Origin: Ramazzottius varieornatus
Taxonomy: Eukaryota > Animalia > Tardigrada
Direction: 5' to 3'
Length of the DNA: 64,000 nt
NCBI GenBank assembly: GCA_001949185.1
Contig: BDGG01000007.1
Coordinates: forward strand, 1,198,730-1,262,729
Shown: positions 23,250-35,574 of the stretch, in pieces
Layout: the number at the start of each line of letters is the position of its first letter
Numbering within the stretch: position 1 is the stretch's first letter
Program-made: the position numbers and the translations under genes
Notes under the pieces: generated by a model
What the model saw: only the letters and a program-made list of their open reading frames with translations
The model's database searches: none
What the model was told of the DNA's origin: nothing

Positions 23250-24580
23250 TAGAAGTTTACTCAAACACCGTAGTGTCGGTAGAAGTCGAGTTCCTCCACG
23301 GTGAACTACCATCCCGAAGGCCTGATAGTCTACGCAATTGACCGTCGGTCAATCGGATCCTTCTGAGTATCTTAACTTTCGAATGCAAGAATTTGCGGCG
23401 TTTGGTGCACTAGCCTGTCTGGGTTGAATAATACTCTGTTGGTATCTGGTTTGGCCTGACCGGATTATTATGGAATTGGGCTTCCGTACAGTTAACTATA
23501 TAGCTGAATATAGAACGCAGGTACACGTCAAAGAAGTCGTTTTCTTTTGGCGAACTGTCCTGAACCGATCGCTTTGCGGTCGGTCTCGCCATCTTCCTTC
23601 TCCGGAAATGATTGACAGGGTTTTATTGGATTACTTCTTTGAGACCTGATAAGAACTCCCATTCCCGAAGGAAAGTCCTGCCGGTTCAACGAGGCCATGT
23701 TGGCATTCAGTCCAAGTGACATCGCCGTCCATCCCGACTCTGATAAGAAGACCAACATGGGTATCGCGTTCCCATTGTTTTACCCTGCAATTTTGGCCAG
23801 TTCGCGCCATCAGGTAGGCGATCAAAATTAATCTTTTTCACAGGGTGATAAAACTGTGTACGGATGATAAGGCTTTCCTCTTTACGGGTTCGCTGAGGTT
23901 GAGCCAATTTGTAACAAGCACAGAAGGTGAGCAGACTGGGTAAACGCTGAGCTCATCCAGACACAGAAACTCGTAAACTTTCAGCATTTGGCCCGTTATC
24001 TTCAGTCAATACAAGTCGATTTCTCTTTCCCCATATGACGAAAACCGCTCTTCGCGTCGATGGCCAGTTAACCATCATGAACTTTGATCTGGCCATTAAA
24101 GGCAGTTTATGACCCTCTTCAAACCATCACAATTCTACAGACCTGTGATCTTATCAACTATAGACTGTACTCAATCCATATAAAAATAATAAAAATCACC
24201 ACTGTGGTATAAACAGGTGTCCAACTTTTTTTCTGTTTGATGGTTTCATGGTGTGGCCAACAATGAGGAAGTAAATTTTGATTGTAGTGTAATGAACCAG
24301 CTGGGTGATTTAACTTTGTTGACTGTGTAAACGAGTAAGATACACTGAGGAATATGCTCAAGACGCGCGCCTTGTTTGACGCCTTTGGTGAAAGGCTTTT
24401 GTGAGCCATTTGTCGCGAGGTTGTAAGTCGGCCAGGAATAACAAACAAGAGCCACGCGCGGAACGGTTGAAGGGATTATGATTATAGCCTCACTAATAAC
24501 AAGGGCTTGATTGGGTTGAACAAACGGATCAGGTTGCCTCGGATAACCGACAAAAATACACGCGCTCAAAGGCGGCAAAT
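23250..24580 (-). pseudogene. PB2-like relic (~aa 130-620)
   Basis: HIPQCILLVYTVNK ~ [20 protein letters not shown] ~ KIRVHEG; FRHMG/KRNRLVL..LRVSVSG ~ FTMVGRRATAIL..IQLIVSG; LVEPAGLS ~ LLSPEEVS; KTLSIISGEGRW ~ EKLTITYSSSMMW. Confidence 0.6.
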
Positions 24581-25979
24581 TTTGGCGCTAATTACTAAGA
24601 GTAAACATAGCCCGAGTTTTTGGCATCATTGCGGCGCTTGATTCGAATCGACCGAAAATCCAAAAAATTTTTGCAAAAAGGATAGAAAGGCTGTGTACCT
24701 CGGGTCGGCACTTTCTAATATGCACTGACGGCCTGCTCCAGTACGCTTTGCTATTCAGATAAACAAAGAGATCGTAGAAGGTGCTGCAAGTAGATTATAT
24801 ACTGCTTGCCGTGTAAGATATCCGAAGTGTTAAACATCGAACGAATTCGAAGTGCCCAATTTCAAATTTTTAAAGAATCGACTGGTACGAAAATTTGAGC
24901 TGCAGTCTAGGGAAGCAATTAACTATCACCTCAGCCCGTCAAAATGTGCTCGTCACTTTCGCCGGCCGCTGGAATGTCTGCTGATCACCATGTTACTCAT
25001 CTTCGCATTCCACACTCATATCTTTCGCTCTGGACCCTGGCTTTGCCTCTCCTCGATCCCAACGGATCTTAATGTGCTTTAATGGCATCGTGATGATGCC
25101 CCGTTGATTTACGGCTTGTCGAGCTTTTATTAATTGGATTAATTGCAGCAACTTTCTCTTCTCTCCCTGACAGGATTTGCTGACATATTCGTCACGTTAA
25201 TGACTTGTCCCCTTCCCTTAAAATTCCGCATTTAATATTCGTTCGCATAATTGGACAGTACAACCAACTCTGAACAAAGATCTGAAGCCCTACATAACCC
25301 ATTTTACATTCTTGTTTCCCAGGATTTTTGTTGATAAGTTTCCCCAGTAAAGCTAATGCTCATGTGAGGTCACGCTTCTTCGCTTTTCGCTGGTTGAACG
25401 TCGCGTTGCGCTTTCTCGGCGGTAAATTGCAACTCAAAGTTCAGTTCATAAAGTACTTCGTTGTGTGCATTTTTTGCAGGTGGTGTAGATGTTAAACTCA
25501 GATAAAAATAACCGCGTCCAGTCTAAATTGTCCACTGCACAGAAAGAAGGAGGCTTTCGGTTGAGGAAGTACTCTCCACATCGAGAACCGTTTTGGCTGT
25601 TGTTAAATGATGCATATCGAAAAATTCTCTGTGTTGGTTGTTGTTTTAAGCCAGCGTAGGTACTGTGAACAAAATACGTGTGGTATTGAACAGGGCGATC
25701 AAGTGGCCATAGTGGAGTGAAAAAGTGTCATAAATCAAGGCATTGTGGCGCCACGTCCACGATTGTGACGTTGTAACATACCCCAACGAGAATGAGGAGC
25801 GATGAACCGCAAAATCCCCATCAGTCACTCCATGGTCATGTTCTGATGACAATCGTGATCGTAAACTATAGAGGCCAATGTCAAATTTCATTCTGGCAAG
25901 TCTTGACAAGGGAACAGTTTTCACACTTGATCGTGAGCGTGACCGGAGTATGTCGTGCTGGTTAACGTCAGTTGAGACA

Positions 25980-26590
25980 TATTAATTTGGAGAGAAGCTG
26001 GAACTTCGTCAGGACAGATTTCTTCGTTCGGAACGTGGTCTGTGAATTTGTCACTCGGTCGGGAAATTAATCAAATTTATTAATGGACTGGAAATCCATG
26101 TATCCGTCAAAGCACCGGCGAAACTGTTACGTTGTTCGGAAATCTTATATGTCTGGTTATCATTACCCTCCGTGGCCTGTTCAGCGCCCAAAAGGTGAGC
26201 TTTTCAAGAACTATTCAGCAGGTTTATGAACTGTGCTTGCCGAATGGGGTGTTTTTGGTCCTTGTTTGTCCGAGAATTAATTTACTATGGAAATGTTTTG
26301 AGGTGAGTCAGTCACATCTGGCGACGGTGTACGAGTTTTCGCTAAAGTGAGTCGTAGAATACAGGTTCAAACCCAGTGTTCTGCTCTCCTTCTGCTGGAA
26401 CCAATCAGGCATGGGCTGATGTCACTAGATACCTCCTACGATTCAGTAGTCTCCCCGTAAATTCTGCCGACTTGTTGCGGCCAGCAACAGGTTTTCGCGG
26501 TACGACACCTCTCTTTCGTATAAACCCACTCTTTCCCACTAGAGGGATCTTTGGCAGATCATTCGAAGACTTCTTTCGCTCGTAATCCTG
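25980..26590 (+). pseudogene. PB2-like relic, N-terminal fragment
   Basis: LLMDWKSMYP ~ LRMKWMMAMKYP; QQVYELCLPNGV ~ QDVIMEVVFPNEV; SHLATVYEFSLK*VVEYRFKP ~ [21 protein letters not shown]. Confidence 0.55.
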
Positions 26591-27240
26591 TGTCGCGATA
26601 TCTGTTACCGTAAATTATTATCGAGGTGGTATCTTTATCGTTGCGCTAACGCCTCCAGAGTGATAAGTGGGCTGTTGCGGATTAGTACGGCCGTTCGGTG
26701 CACAGGAGCTTTCGAGTTTTGGTTTGTTCGGCGTATCTGGTATCGCCTTTCTTCAATATCCCGTGGTTGTTGAGGGGCCTTCTGTCGTTCATATCTATCC
26801 TATCTCCCCGTATCGCTAACGACCTGCTGACAAGGGATATCCACACAGAAGCTGCTGGTGTTGCATGCGGGCTCAATAGCCACTGCGTGACTTGTGAGGT
26901 TGATAATCAGACGGCGAATCGACGTGATAAGATTGCCTCCTCATTTGCCTAACACCATATCGTGTCGCCTCACGCATAACTCGCGATAAGAACACCTCTT
27001 TCATATCAACAGGTAATATTTCAAAATTGCTAGTGTGAGCTTCTGTTCATGACTGATCATCTTTGTGCAGCCCACAACTAGGAAACTGCCCGGTATTCTG
27101 TACTAAACTTGAAAGATATCCACCGTGCTGAATATAAAGACCGCGATCTCAACATAACCGCAATACCAGGCTTTCGCGACCAGCATAAAAATGATCTTTC
27201 ATATTTGACACGTTTTGGTACAGAAAAATATCGTGGAAAA
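26590..27240. promoter_or_regulatory. Dense GATA-motif cluster upstream of the GATA gene (putative autoregulatory enhancer/promoter)
   Basis: Many GATA/TATC words (tgataag, cgataag, ttatc, gatatc, atctatcctatct); candidate donor caggtaat at ~27010. Confidence 0.5.
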
Positions 27241-27278
27241 TCACCCAAACTGAATCGTCCGCTGCACCGCAGTTATTG

Positions 27279-28470
27279 TTAAGGGGTTGCTTGATAAACT
27301 TTGACTGCACACTTACTCCGTGTATTATTATTCAATCGTATCATGGGCAGAGTTTCGGCCACTATCAAGATGTCGCAAAGGCTACTCGCTAAGGTAGTCG
27401 TCAATCTCAAGTCTTTCGTAATTTCCACTGGGCCTGTTGACTCGGTAAGAAGGAGCCAACAGGTAGGCGCTATCACTTTTTCATTGTTCTGGGTGAGACT
27501 AGGATGGGTCCGTTGATGGACAGGTGGACAATAGGCCAGTTCCTTCTGAGCAAACTTTCGCCAGCACCTCGTGATGGCGTGTAGCACCTCCGTGGCACTC
27601 CGGCTGGCTATGGCAGTAGCATCTGCTCGTCCAAAGGTCGCCACCGGTATGCACAAGCAGTGCGTCACCCGCCATGGCTCCAGTCAGCAAACACTGGCCT
27701 GGTCCGGTACCGTACAGTTCCGTACGAGCCAGTACCTTACCTTCCTTCGTTACGCCACGTTCTTCCCTCAGTTTCTTCATATTCACTCGGTTTATAACCG
27801 AGGTCTTATCAAGACTGGCGAGCTTTACTATCTTGTTCGCTGGGTGTTCTAATGGTGGCAATAACTGCCCCAATATTGATTGCTTAATCGCTGTTCGAAC
27901 AGATTCCCCGTTTCTCTCCCGCTGCGCTAACTTATCCCATCTCACCATCCTAATCGAATTTATCGCTTGATTTAGCAAATCTCTAACACGAATATCTGCG
28001 TGTGTTGTATCAAGGGAGATTCTAAATTCATCGTTAATTTTTAGCACGGTAAGATAGCACTTGATTCGTTCTTCGAAAGTGGATAATTTTAGTACCAATA
28101 TCGGACTAAATTTAAATATCTATCAGATAAAATACTTACAGTGGTTCGTGGCAAGATATTCTGGTTGGAGCTGTATCTCAGTGTGAAATTCGAAGGGTAA
28201 CTTTGGCTTTTGAAGGAAAGAGGCTCTTGTGAGATGTGATAAAGATCTGGCGGTTACCTGTAAATGGACTGTGGAATGGCATTTGTTCTTTCGTTTGTCG
28301 AAGCATCTCTGTGATGACAGACATTGTGTGCTCTACAAGAATGCCTTTCTTGACTTGGGCATTGTTAGCCAACTGTATAGTGCTAAATTAGCACTTTTTT
28401 GCCTTCTCTTGATTCTCGGCTGGCACACGCCAAGGTGATCCTCTCGCACATACTCACTGAAAGAATGATG
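27279..28470 (-). pseudogene. PB2-like relic (~aa 115-490) upstream of the GATA coding region
   Basis: HTMSVITEML ~ AQDVIMEVV; QIFITSHK ~ QLTITKEK; CYLTVLKI ~ VYIEVLHL; PANKIVKLA ~ [33 protein letters not shown] ~ [36 protein letters not shown] ~ RANQRLNPMHQLL. Confidence 0.6.
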
Positions 28471-28723
28471 ATGAACAAAGTCAAACATCCTCTTTTCACG
28501 CTGACCAATTCCACCCCGTAAACCAGCTTTGTAACAATAGAAGACGCAGGCTTTAACTCTGAAACGTCATTGAACAACAAAATATTTATCCCAAAACACC
28601 GTGGAGGAATGCCCAAAGCTGGAAAGATGTCAGTGACTGCAGGAGGCAGATTTCATAATTTGAATAAAAGCGGACCGGGTAATTCAGCGGCATCGTTGTT
28701 GATTTTTTTCTGTATCTGCAGGA

Positions 28724-31700
28724 ATGCACTACATGGCGACTCCGTGGGCAAACGAACACAACAGCGAGCCGGCCGGTTCCAATGGCAGCACAGGCTCGGC
28801 TTCCTGCAGTCCGCGCCGATCCAGCCCCGTCGACGGATCTCCGGTGCCGCATGCGCAGTCCACCACCCACGCCTACTCGACCATCTCCCCGCACCACAGT
28901 AACACTCCACCGATGCAGCCCATGACCGAGAACGTTCAAGAGTCTATCCAGCCCGAACACCGTCGTCCCTCCGTCCTAGTCGCAGCGCCCTCTGCCGACA
29001 CTTCCTCCTACACTCCGAGTATGGAACCAGCTAGCACACTCCTCAGCCGCGCCAGTGCCGCTGCCGGACTGGACACCATGACGACCTATAGTCTGACCCA
29101 GGTTACACCGGACGAGATGCAGCAAAGTATGGAGATGTACGGAAGTTACAATCCTTCTTCGTATTATGGAACCAACAGCACAGCTTCGTATTCCACACCC
29201 TACTCCGCTGAGTTACTGCGATCGCAAACTGGCCAACAAGTGTCCTCGTACAACGTCCTTCAGCCCGTCAGCTACGGTACGACCAACGACGGAAGAGGAG
29301 GTATCATGCCGCAGGTGCAGGTTAACCAGACGGCAACGTATTGGGCCTCGCCCTATGATGCTTATGGACGTTCTGGTCAAGCCTACTACCAGACACCGAC
29401 GGCTGGACCAAGCAATGGGTTCTGTTCCAGCAGAAGCGGCATGATGCCGGGATACCCGTTCACTCCTGGTTCGACGGATATGACCTGGGCAGCGAGTTCG
29501 ACGCCGGCCTTCAGCGCCGACTCGTCGCTTCATTCCGTGGTGAGAAACGCCACAATGCCACGTCAAATGGTCAACTATGGAGGTGCGTTCCGAATATGAA
29601 TTTTGGCATAAGCTTAAAGGGAAGTCCGAGAGATTCTACTCTTGCAACGGGCAACAGCTCTCAGTTCTCACCTGTCATCTCAAGTGGCGCACAGTTTCGT
29701 TGGTGCTGGCCGCAAGCGTGCGCCACTTGGAACAACAACCTGAAGCGTTTCTATCGGAGTCTCCCAGTTTTCACGGTTTCAAGTGACGCTTCGGTATTCA
29801 TTCGGAACAAGTCTCTTTTTGTGTTTCAGAGTACAATGTAGAGGCTGATCCGTACATCGAAGGAAGGGAATGTGTCAATTGCAGCGCGTTGGTACGTGAT
29901 CCGGTGAGTTAACCATGGTGTCAGACTAGAAGGAATTTTCCATTGTGGGAAGCGTCAACACTGCGGTGACTGCGTGGCACCACGGTGTGAGCGTATATTT
30001 GGCGATGTTTTTATTTACCTTCCTTATCCACTTGCAGCATACTCCACTGTGGCGTCGGGACCAGAATGGACATTACTTATGTAACGCTTGCGGACTCTAC
30101 AAGCGCGTCAACACGGTGAATCGGCCACTGTCCAAACCATCGAAGCGCATGGTAAATCTTATGCTTTGTGTTTCCCTTACAGGTTTTGCGATAGCTGTAG
30201 AAAATCGCACGTTTCTCATTAGTCCTCACGACGAGCTGTTTATGTCGCAAACGGTTGATTTAAAATTTGAGTTTGCTTGATCAACGGAAATTAGTCGTGA
30301 GTGAGGCAAAATTGGATTTTTCGCAAGTCTCGGAAACGACACCGGAAATGCGCGAGTTTTGCGGGGTATGGCTGTAGGCAAACTTTGCCTCCTGACTAAG
30401 TTGAAATTCATGGTTTTCTCTCTGGCTAGTCTCTGTCTTCCGATATCCCCGACACTAACAGGTATCAAGAATCCCTTACGCGAAACGCTATCTCGCAACG
30501 TGAAGCACTATGCAGATAAAGATCAGCTGAGAAGTGTAAATTTGAAATTTTGAGTCAAGTGTGCAGAGAATAATCCGTTTTCGCTTTCAAGATAAGCTAC
30601 TCGAGGGCTGCTTATCTTGAAAGCAAAACTTCGTAATCCACTTTCAAGATCAACACAATCAACGGAGTTTAACGGCCTGTCGTGAGGAGGACTATTGTGT
30701 ACACGCACAGCGGGAAATAATAGGACAGGCCTTTTTCGCTACGGCGGTACGGAAGCACGTATGTGCGCGACCAGTTCACACTAATGCACTTTTCGACATT
30801 CTTCTACGATCAGATTTCCATTTTGCCGTCCTTTCCGCCTGTCCCATGATTTTTACTGTCTCATAATTTCCCATCGAGCGTGTACTTCTTTCTCATAGTT
30901 TGAATGTTGAGCAAGTTGCTTTCAGTTCGAATTCGCCTTTAATAGTTCCGTTCCAGTGCAATTTTCTACGAGCCGTTAATTTATAGATTGACTTCTGCCT
31001 GTATGGATCAATCGCAAGCTTTGTTCTTGCAGCAAAACACATCGCGACGCTCCGGTCTAGTCTGCTCCAACTGCAACACTCACACCACGACTCTCTGGCG
31101 CCGGAACAACGATGGCGAACCCGTCTGTAACGCTTGTGGGCTCTACTACAAACTTCATAGTGTAAGCATTAGGAATTTTTCACCAAACTTTGTTGCTGTA
31201 CTCCTTTCGAGCCAGTCAAACATTCCATGAATCCTCTAACGAGCGGTTGTGGTGTGAGTTCAATAAATTTCACCTTGAAGGTTCATCGACCAGTGGCCAT
31301 GCGTAAAGACGCCATCCAAACCCGGAAGCGCAAGCCCCGCAGCCAAGGCAGCTCTTCCAAAAAAGGCACCTCCGACGGATCTAGCCGTCCTTCCAAGACC
31401 ACTTCTGACATGGATATGACCAAGCCCTCTAACGCCCTACCATTCGGTGGTCTGCCCAACGGCCTCACCACTTCTGTCATCACGTCCACCGGCTACACCT
31501 TCCCGTCCTACCTTCCGTCGACCCAAGTCATGCCAGAGGCTTCCTACGCTCAGTTTAAGAACGAACCCGAAGCTGAAATGGATAACAGCAACATGGAGCC
31601 TCCACGAGATGTTTATAACGGTCCGACTGACCAACCGCCCATGAATCACTCCGAGCCTTCGAACCAAAACGACATGTCGCCAGATCCACCTACCGCGATG

Positions 31701-31727
31701 ATGCCTACTTCCCAAACCGTCAACTAA
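28724..31727 (+). CDS. GATA456: GATA4/5/6-class zinc-finger transcription factor (two fingers)
   Basis: [32 protein letters not shown]; [58 protein letters not shown]; exons ~28722-29582, 29830-29891, 30038-30151, 31033-31161, 31281-31727. Confidence 0.93.
30200..30710 (+). pseudogene. Possible PB2-like relic in a GATA intron
   Basis: [20 protein letters not shown] ~ [21 protein letters not shown], also similar to RVKQW in paralogous relics. Single motif. Confidence 0.3.
30730..30885 (+). repeat. Dispersed repeat, copy of 16955-17107
   Basis: Shared ttcacactaatgcacttttcga..ttttgccgtc(g/c)tttccgcctg. Confidence 0.8.
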
Positions 31728-32149
31728 TTTCCTAAAGCCAAAGTTTCGACAATGTCAAGTCCGCCCCAAAGTGTTCCTTCCCATTCCCGGCTCAAGTTTC
31801 TCCAAGTGTACTTACCAAATATTCAAAATATCATTTTATTTCTTTATGCAAGTATAACCACTCTAAGCTAATGATGTGAAAGACAGCTGCCCATAAGAAG
31901 CTGTTTTCTTTTTCTGTCTTGCACTTTACCACTCTACCTTTCCCATGCTGTGCCGTGCTTGTATTCTGACGTCCTTGTTTTCATGTGGCGACAGTGTTAT
32001 TTTGAATTAATTTCGTTTTGATACTCAACGAGTACTTTTTAGAGTTCACTTTTGACTTCCTTCGGTGCAAACAGCGTTTGAACAAAGAGGCTGTGACGGA
32101 ATAAAGTACGCGAGCTGAACAACGAAGATTTTCGTCCGCGCCATGAGAG

Positions 32150-32850
32150 CTTCAGTGGAAAGTTTGCAAAAGTTCAAATGGCGAGGAATTCCAAATGAAC
32201 GACAGGACTACAAAAAGCTCGGAGCGACCCAACATGTCTTTTTACAAAAGATCTGAATGAAGAAGCAACTTGTCGAAATTCTTGAACTCGATGGCACTTT
32301 CTGGTTGCGTTACTGACGGTTGATGGATCGTTGAGTCAGCGGCTTGCTTCCAACTTGCGGCTTGGACGGCTTTTCTTGTCCGAATGCCTGCTGGACAGTC
32401 TTGACGATAAATAGTCCGATTACGTGAGAAGTGATGCCGTTGAGTAATGACCGGATGATTTTCAAACTAAGGTTTTCCCATGGCGGAACTGAATCAAAAA
32501 AGCCCTTCTTTGGTAATTTTCTGTTCGGTTTTTGCATACTTCGTACCATACGTTTGCGTCTGGGCATGTTCGGGAAAATCTAATAATGTTGTTGAACGGG
32601 AGGCCGACGGACGAAACTACAGAAAATTGTCGTTATAATCAGCGCATGTTCTCCCGATTGGTGACTGGAAGAGTGCGCCGCTTAAGATGGCAGTCCTGTA
32701 CGATTCGTTCGCCGGCCTCCCAAACACTTTGGCCGCAAAGAAACAAATCTCTTTCGCTGTGACCATTTTCATGTGGTAAAGAAACGGTCTTTACTTTGCA
32801 AGGTAATTTACACTGCACTGTATAAAACAGTCAAATTTCCTTATCTTGCA
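32150..32850 (+). pseudogene. PB2-like relic, N-terminal fragment
   Basis: QKARSDPTCL ~ GRQEKNPAL; GTFWLRY; HTFASGHVRENLIM ~ GTFGPVHFRNQVKI; VVIISACSPDW ~ DVIMEVVFPNE. Confidence 0.45.
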
Positions 32851-32930
32851 CACGTGAGTGATCTCGTCACGCAAAACATCGGCCAACGTCACCGGACTTG
32901 TCATTTTCAGTTGTCCTAGAATCGGACTAT

Positions 32931-33494
32931 TCATCGACTGACCTTAGGCCCAACTTCCACATTTCTGCTATTCCCGGAAACATTCCCTTGTACTCCGCTG
33001 CGTCCGCCTTGCTCACTTCTCTGACGACCATATTCCAGCACTGCTCCTCCACTCCACTGAGCTCCACCTTGCAGCCATTGCATCTTCGCGTCCATTCGAG
33101 CCATGTCCTCGGCGTGGATGAAGAGGCAAGCGTCGCCGAAGCAACAAAAGCCGGTATCCAGCATTCGACGGCAGAACTTGGTCTTGTAGCGTGGATCGAC
33201 AGCCGGCATCATCAGCTCCGATTCGTGATGGGCACGACGGCACTCTTTTCCTCGTCGACAACCACGAGGAAGAAAGAAATCGACACACATCTCGGTTCGA
33301 GCGGTAAGCATGGCTTTGTCGGGAGGAGGATGGTCCAAAAAGGGCGCCGGCGAGAAAAGAACACTGGATGTCAGAGGCCGGTTCCGCCAGACAGTGTGTT
33401 GCGCAGCCTTTGGACTGGACGTTGGATGGATCATCGGCAAGACTGGTGTCGTCGCTGACGGCGGCGGGAAGCGGAAGTTGGCCGATGTCGACAT
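32931..33494 (-). CDS. Tandem CCCH zinc-finger protein (ZFP36/TIS11-like), intronless
   Basis: ARTEMCVDFFLPRGCRRGKECRRAH and RYKTKFCRRMLDTGFCCFGDACLFIH (C-x8/9-C-x5-C-x3-H) with an 18-aa linker. Confidence 0.85.
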   Translation of the reverse strand: MSTSANFRFPPPSATTPVLPMIHPTSSPKAAQHTVWRNRPLTSSVLFSPAPFLDHPPPDKAMLTARTEMCVDFFLPRGCRRGKECRRAHHESELMMPAVDPRYKTKFCRRMLDTGFCCFGDACLFIHAEDMARMDAKMQWLQGGAQWSGGAVLEYGRQRSEQGGRSGVQGNVSGNSRNVEVGPKVSR

Positions 33495-33849
33495 GGCGGT
33501 TTTTGCAGGGTCTTCGCGACTGGCACCTCGCCACTAAAACCAAAATTTATGATGGATTTCTTAGGTCATCAGAAATCAGGAAAACACCGATCACTGGACG
33601 AAACTTGTGCCTGTTCGGAAAAACGACAAGTTGAAAATGTGAGTAATAGGCTTGTAGAATAACACCTTTTGACGTTGAGCTGATCCTTTCGGTATGATGA
33701 AGGCCATGTCAAAGCTGAGAAGTTGTTTTGGACGACTGGCCGCAGTAGAATTTTCTACGAAGAGTAAATTGTGCAAAGAGCGAGAAGGAAGACGACTGAG
33801 CGAAGCGACTGAAGTGTGGGAATCTTTATGCTGACTGACGCCTTCGATA

Positions 33850-34350
33850 ACGGGGTTTTCAACATCGCGATAGGCTGGTGACTTGTACTTCGCGTTGTAT
33901 GTTTTTTTCTGATGGAGTTAGCACTTCGGGTACACTGAGCAGAGAGATGCTGTTGAAGTTGGACAAAGGAAAAATTCTTGGTTGTTTCGACTTTTGGCGC
34001 GACAGTGATTTACCGTAAATGCGTGCGCCCTATGGACCCTTCTGCATCTTTTCTGCCATACGCTTCACTGACTGTTGGGCATTGCGATAGAAGACCAAGG
34101 AAAGGCGCGAGATGTGCGTGTGGGTAAGGTGAGTTGTGCAAAACGATACTTCTTAGTAATCAAGATCTCAACGTGCGACCATCGTACACTGTCTACAAGA
34201 AAAAACCGACACCCGTATCGTCGTTGTACTCGAGCTCTAGTTCCTCAGCGTAGAAGAGTCCAAATACGCTGAAACTTTTCACAAACGTAGAGCGTTAACT
34301 CTAGTACACTGTAGTATGGTTGGTATTGTCTAGGTTCGCAAGCATTCGTT
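33850..34350 (+). pseudogene. Possible PB2-like relic, C-terminal part
   Basis: ARDVRVGKV ~ LRGVRVSKM; TRALVPQRRRVQ ~ FQSLVPKAARGQ. Confidence 0.35.
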
Positions 34351-34554
34351 AGAAAAATTCGAGGACCCAGAAATGAAGGGTGAGCAGAAGTTACTTCTGA
34401 ACACTCGCCTCCACCAAAAATATAGTTATTCCCCAACCCTAACTCCAATTCCCTCCAAAAAACACCGGGGTAGGCAACAATTCAACGGCTACAATACACA
34501 ATAAACAGTCAGCTGATTTCTTTATGCTGGAATGTTCAGGGAATTTTCTTCAGA

Positions 34555-35574
34555 ATGGCTCCTCCGAGGAAGCAGTATAGTCTCGATATGCGAAATCTTG
34601 TCATCAAGAAACATCTAAACAAGATTTCGAACCATGAAATATCTGGGCAGTTGTGTATTCCACGGACCAGCGTCCTCAATATTGTGAGAAATTTCAAGGA
34701 CACCGGGAACGTCGGCCAGAAGCCGGGACGTGGAAGAAAGAGAAAGACCAGCGCTCTGACGGATCGGCTCATCGTTCGCAAGGTACTGCGAGATCGACGG
34801 AAATCTGCCTCCACTATCGAAGAAGAGACCAAGGCTGAGCTTGCGGTGTCAATTTCGGAGCAGACAGTTCGGAACAGGATACAGGAGAAAGGTTTGCATG
34901 GAAGAGTGGCCCGCAAGAAACCGTTGATCAAACCTCATGCCCGGAAAATGCGTCTGCATTTCTGTAAGCAGTATGGAAAACAGCCGGTAAGCTTCTGGAA
35001 CAACGTACTTTGGTCAGACGAGTCCAAATTCAACCTTTTCGGGTCGGATGGGAAAGTGATGGTATGGCGACAGCCGGGAGAAGAATTCTTTTCTGAATGT
35101 ACAGTGCCTACTGTCAAGCATGGTGGGGGAAGTATCATGGTGTGGGGTTATTTTGCAAGCTCGGGTGTTGGGAATCTTGTCATTATCAGAGGAAACATGG
35201 ACACTGTCTACTACAAAGCGATTTTGAAGAGAAACTTGAAGGAATCCGGGAGAAAACTTAAGCTGAAGCGCGGCTGGTGGTTCCAACAAGACAACGATCC
35301 CAAACACACGTCAATTCTTGTGACCAACTGGTTGAAGAAAAACCATCCCAAACTGTTGTTCTGGGCTCCGTACAGTCCTGACTTCAACCCTATCGAACAT
35401 CTGTGGGCAGAAGTGGAGAGGCGACTGAGAAAGATCCATCTGGTAAACATGGACGATCTGGAGAGAGCCATTGTTGACGTCTGGTATAGTATCGAGCCTG
35501 AGTTCTGCGAAAAGCTCGTCCATTCGATGCCAACGCGCATTGCTAGGGCTTTCCATCGGGCTATTGAGATGTAA
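34555..35574 (+). mobile_element. Tc1-like DD34E transposase
   Basis: Paired-like HTH, GRKRK, WSDES, TVKHGGGSIMVWG, FQQDNDPKHTS, SPDFNPIEHLW; 339 aa open frame; atypical C-terminal tail; TIRs not identified. Confidence 0.95.

Noticed and set aside
24700-25150. FLKNRLVRKF resembling [10 protein letters not shown]
   Set aside because: Only one or two weak anchors.
32898-33458. 186-aa plus-strand ORF
   Set aside because: Antisense shadow of the CCCH gene.
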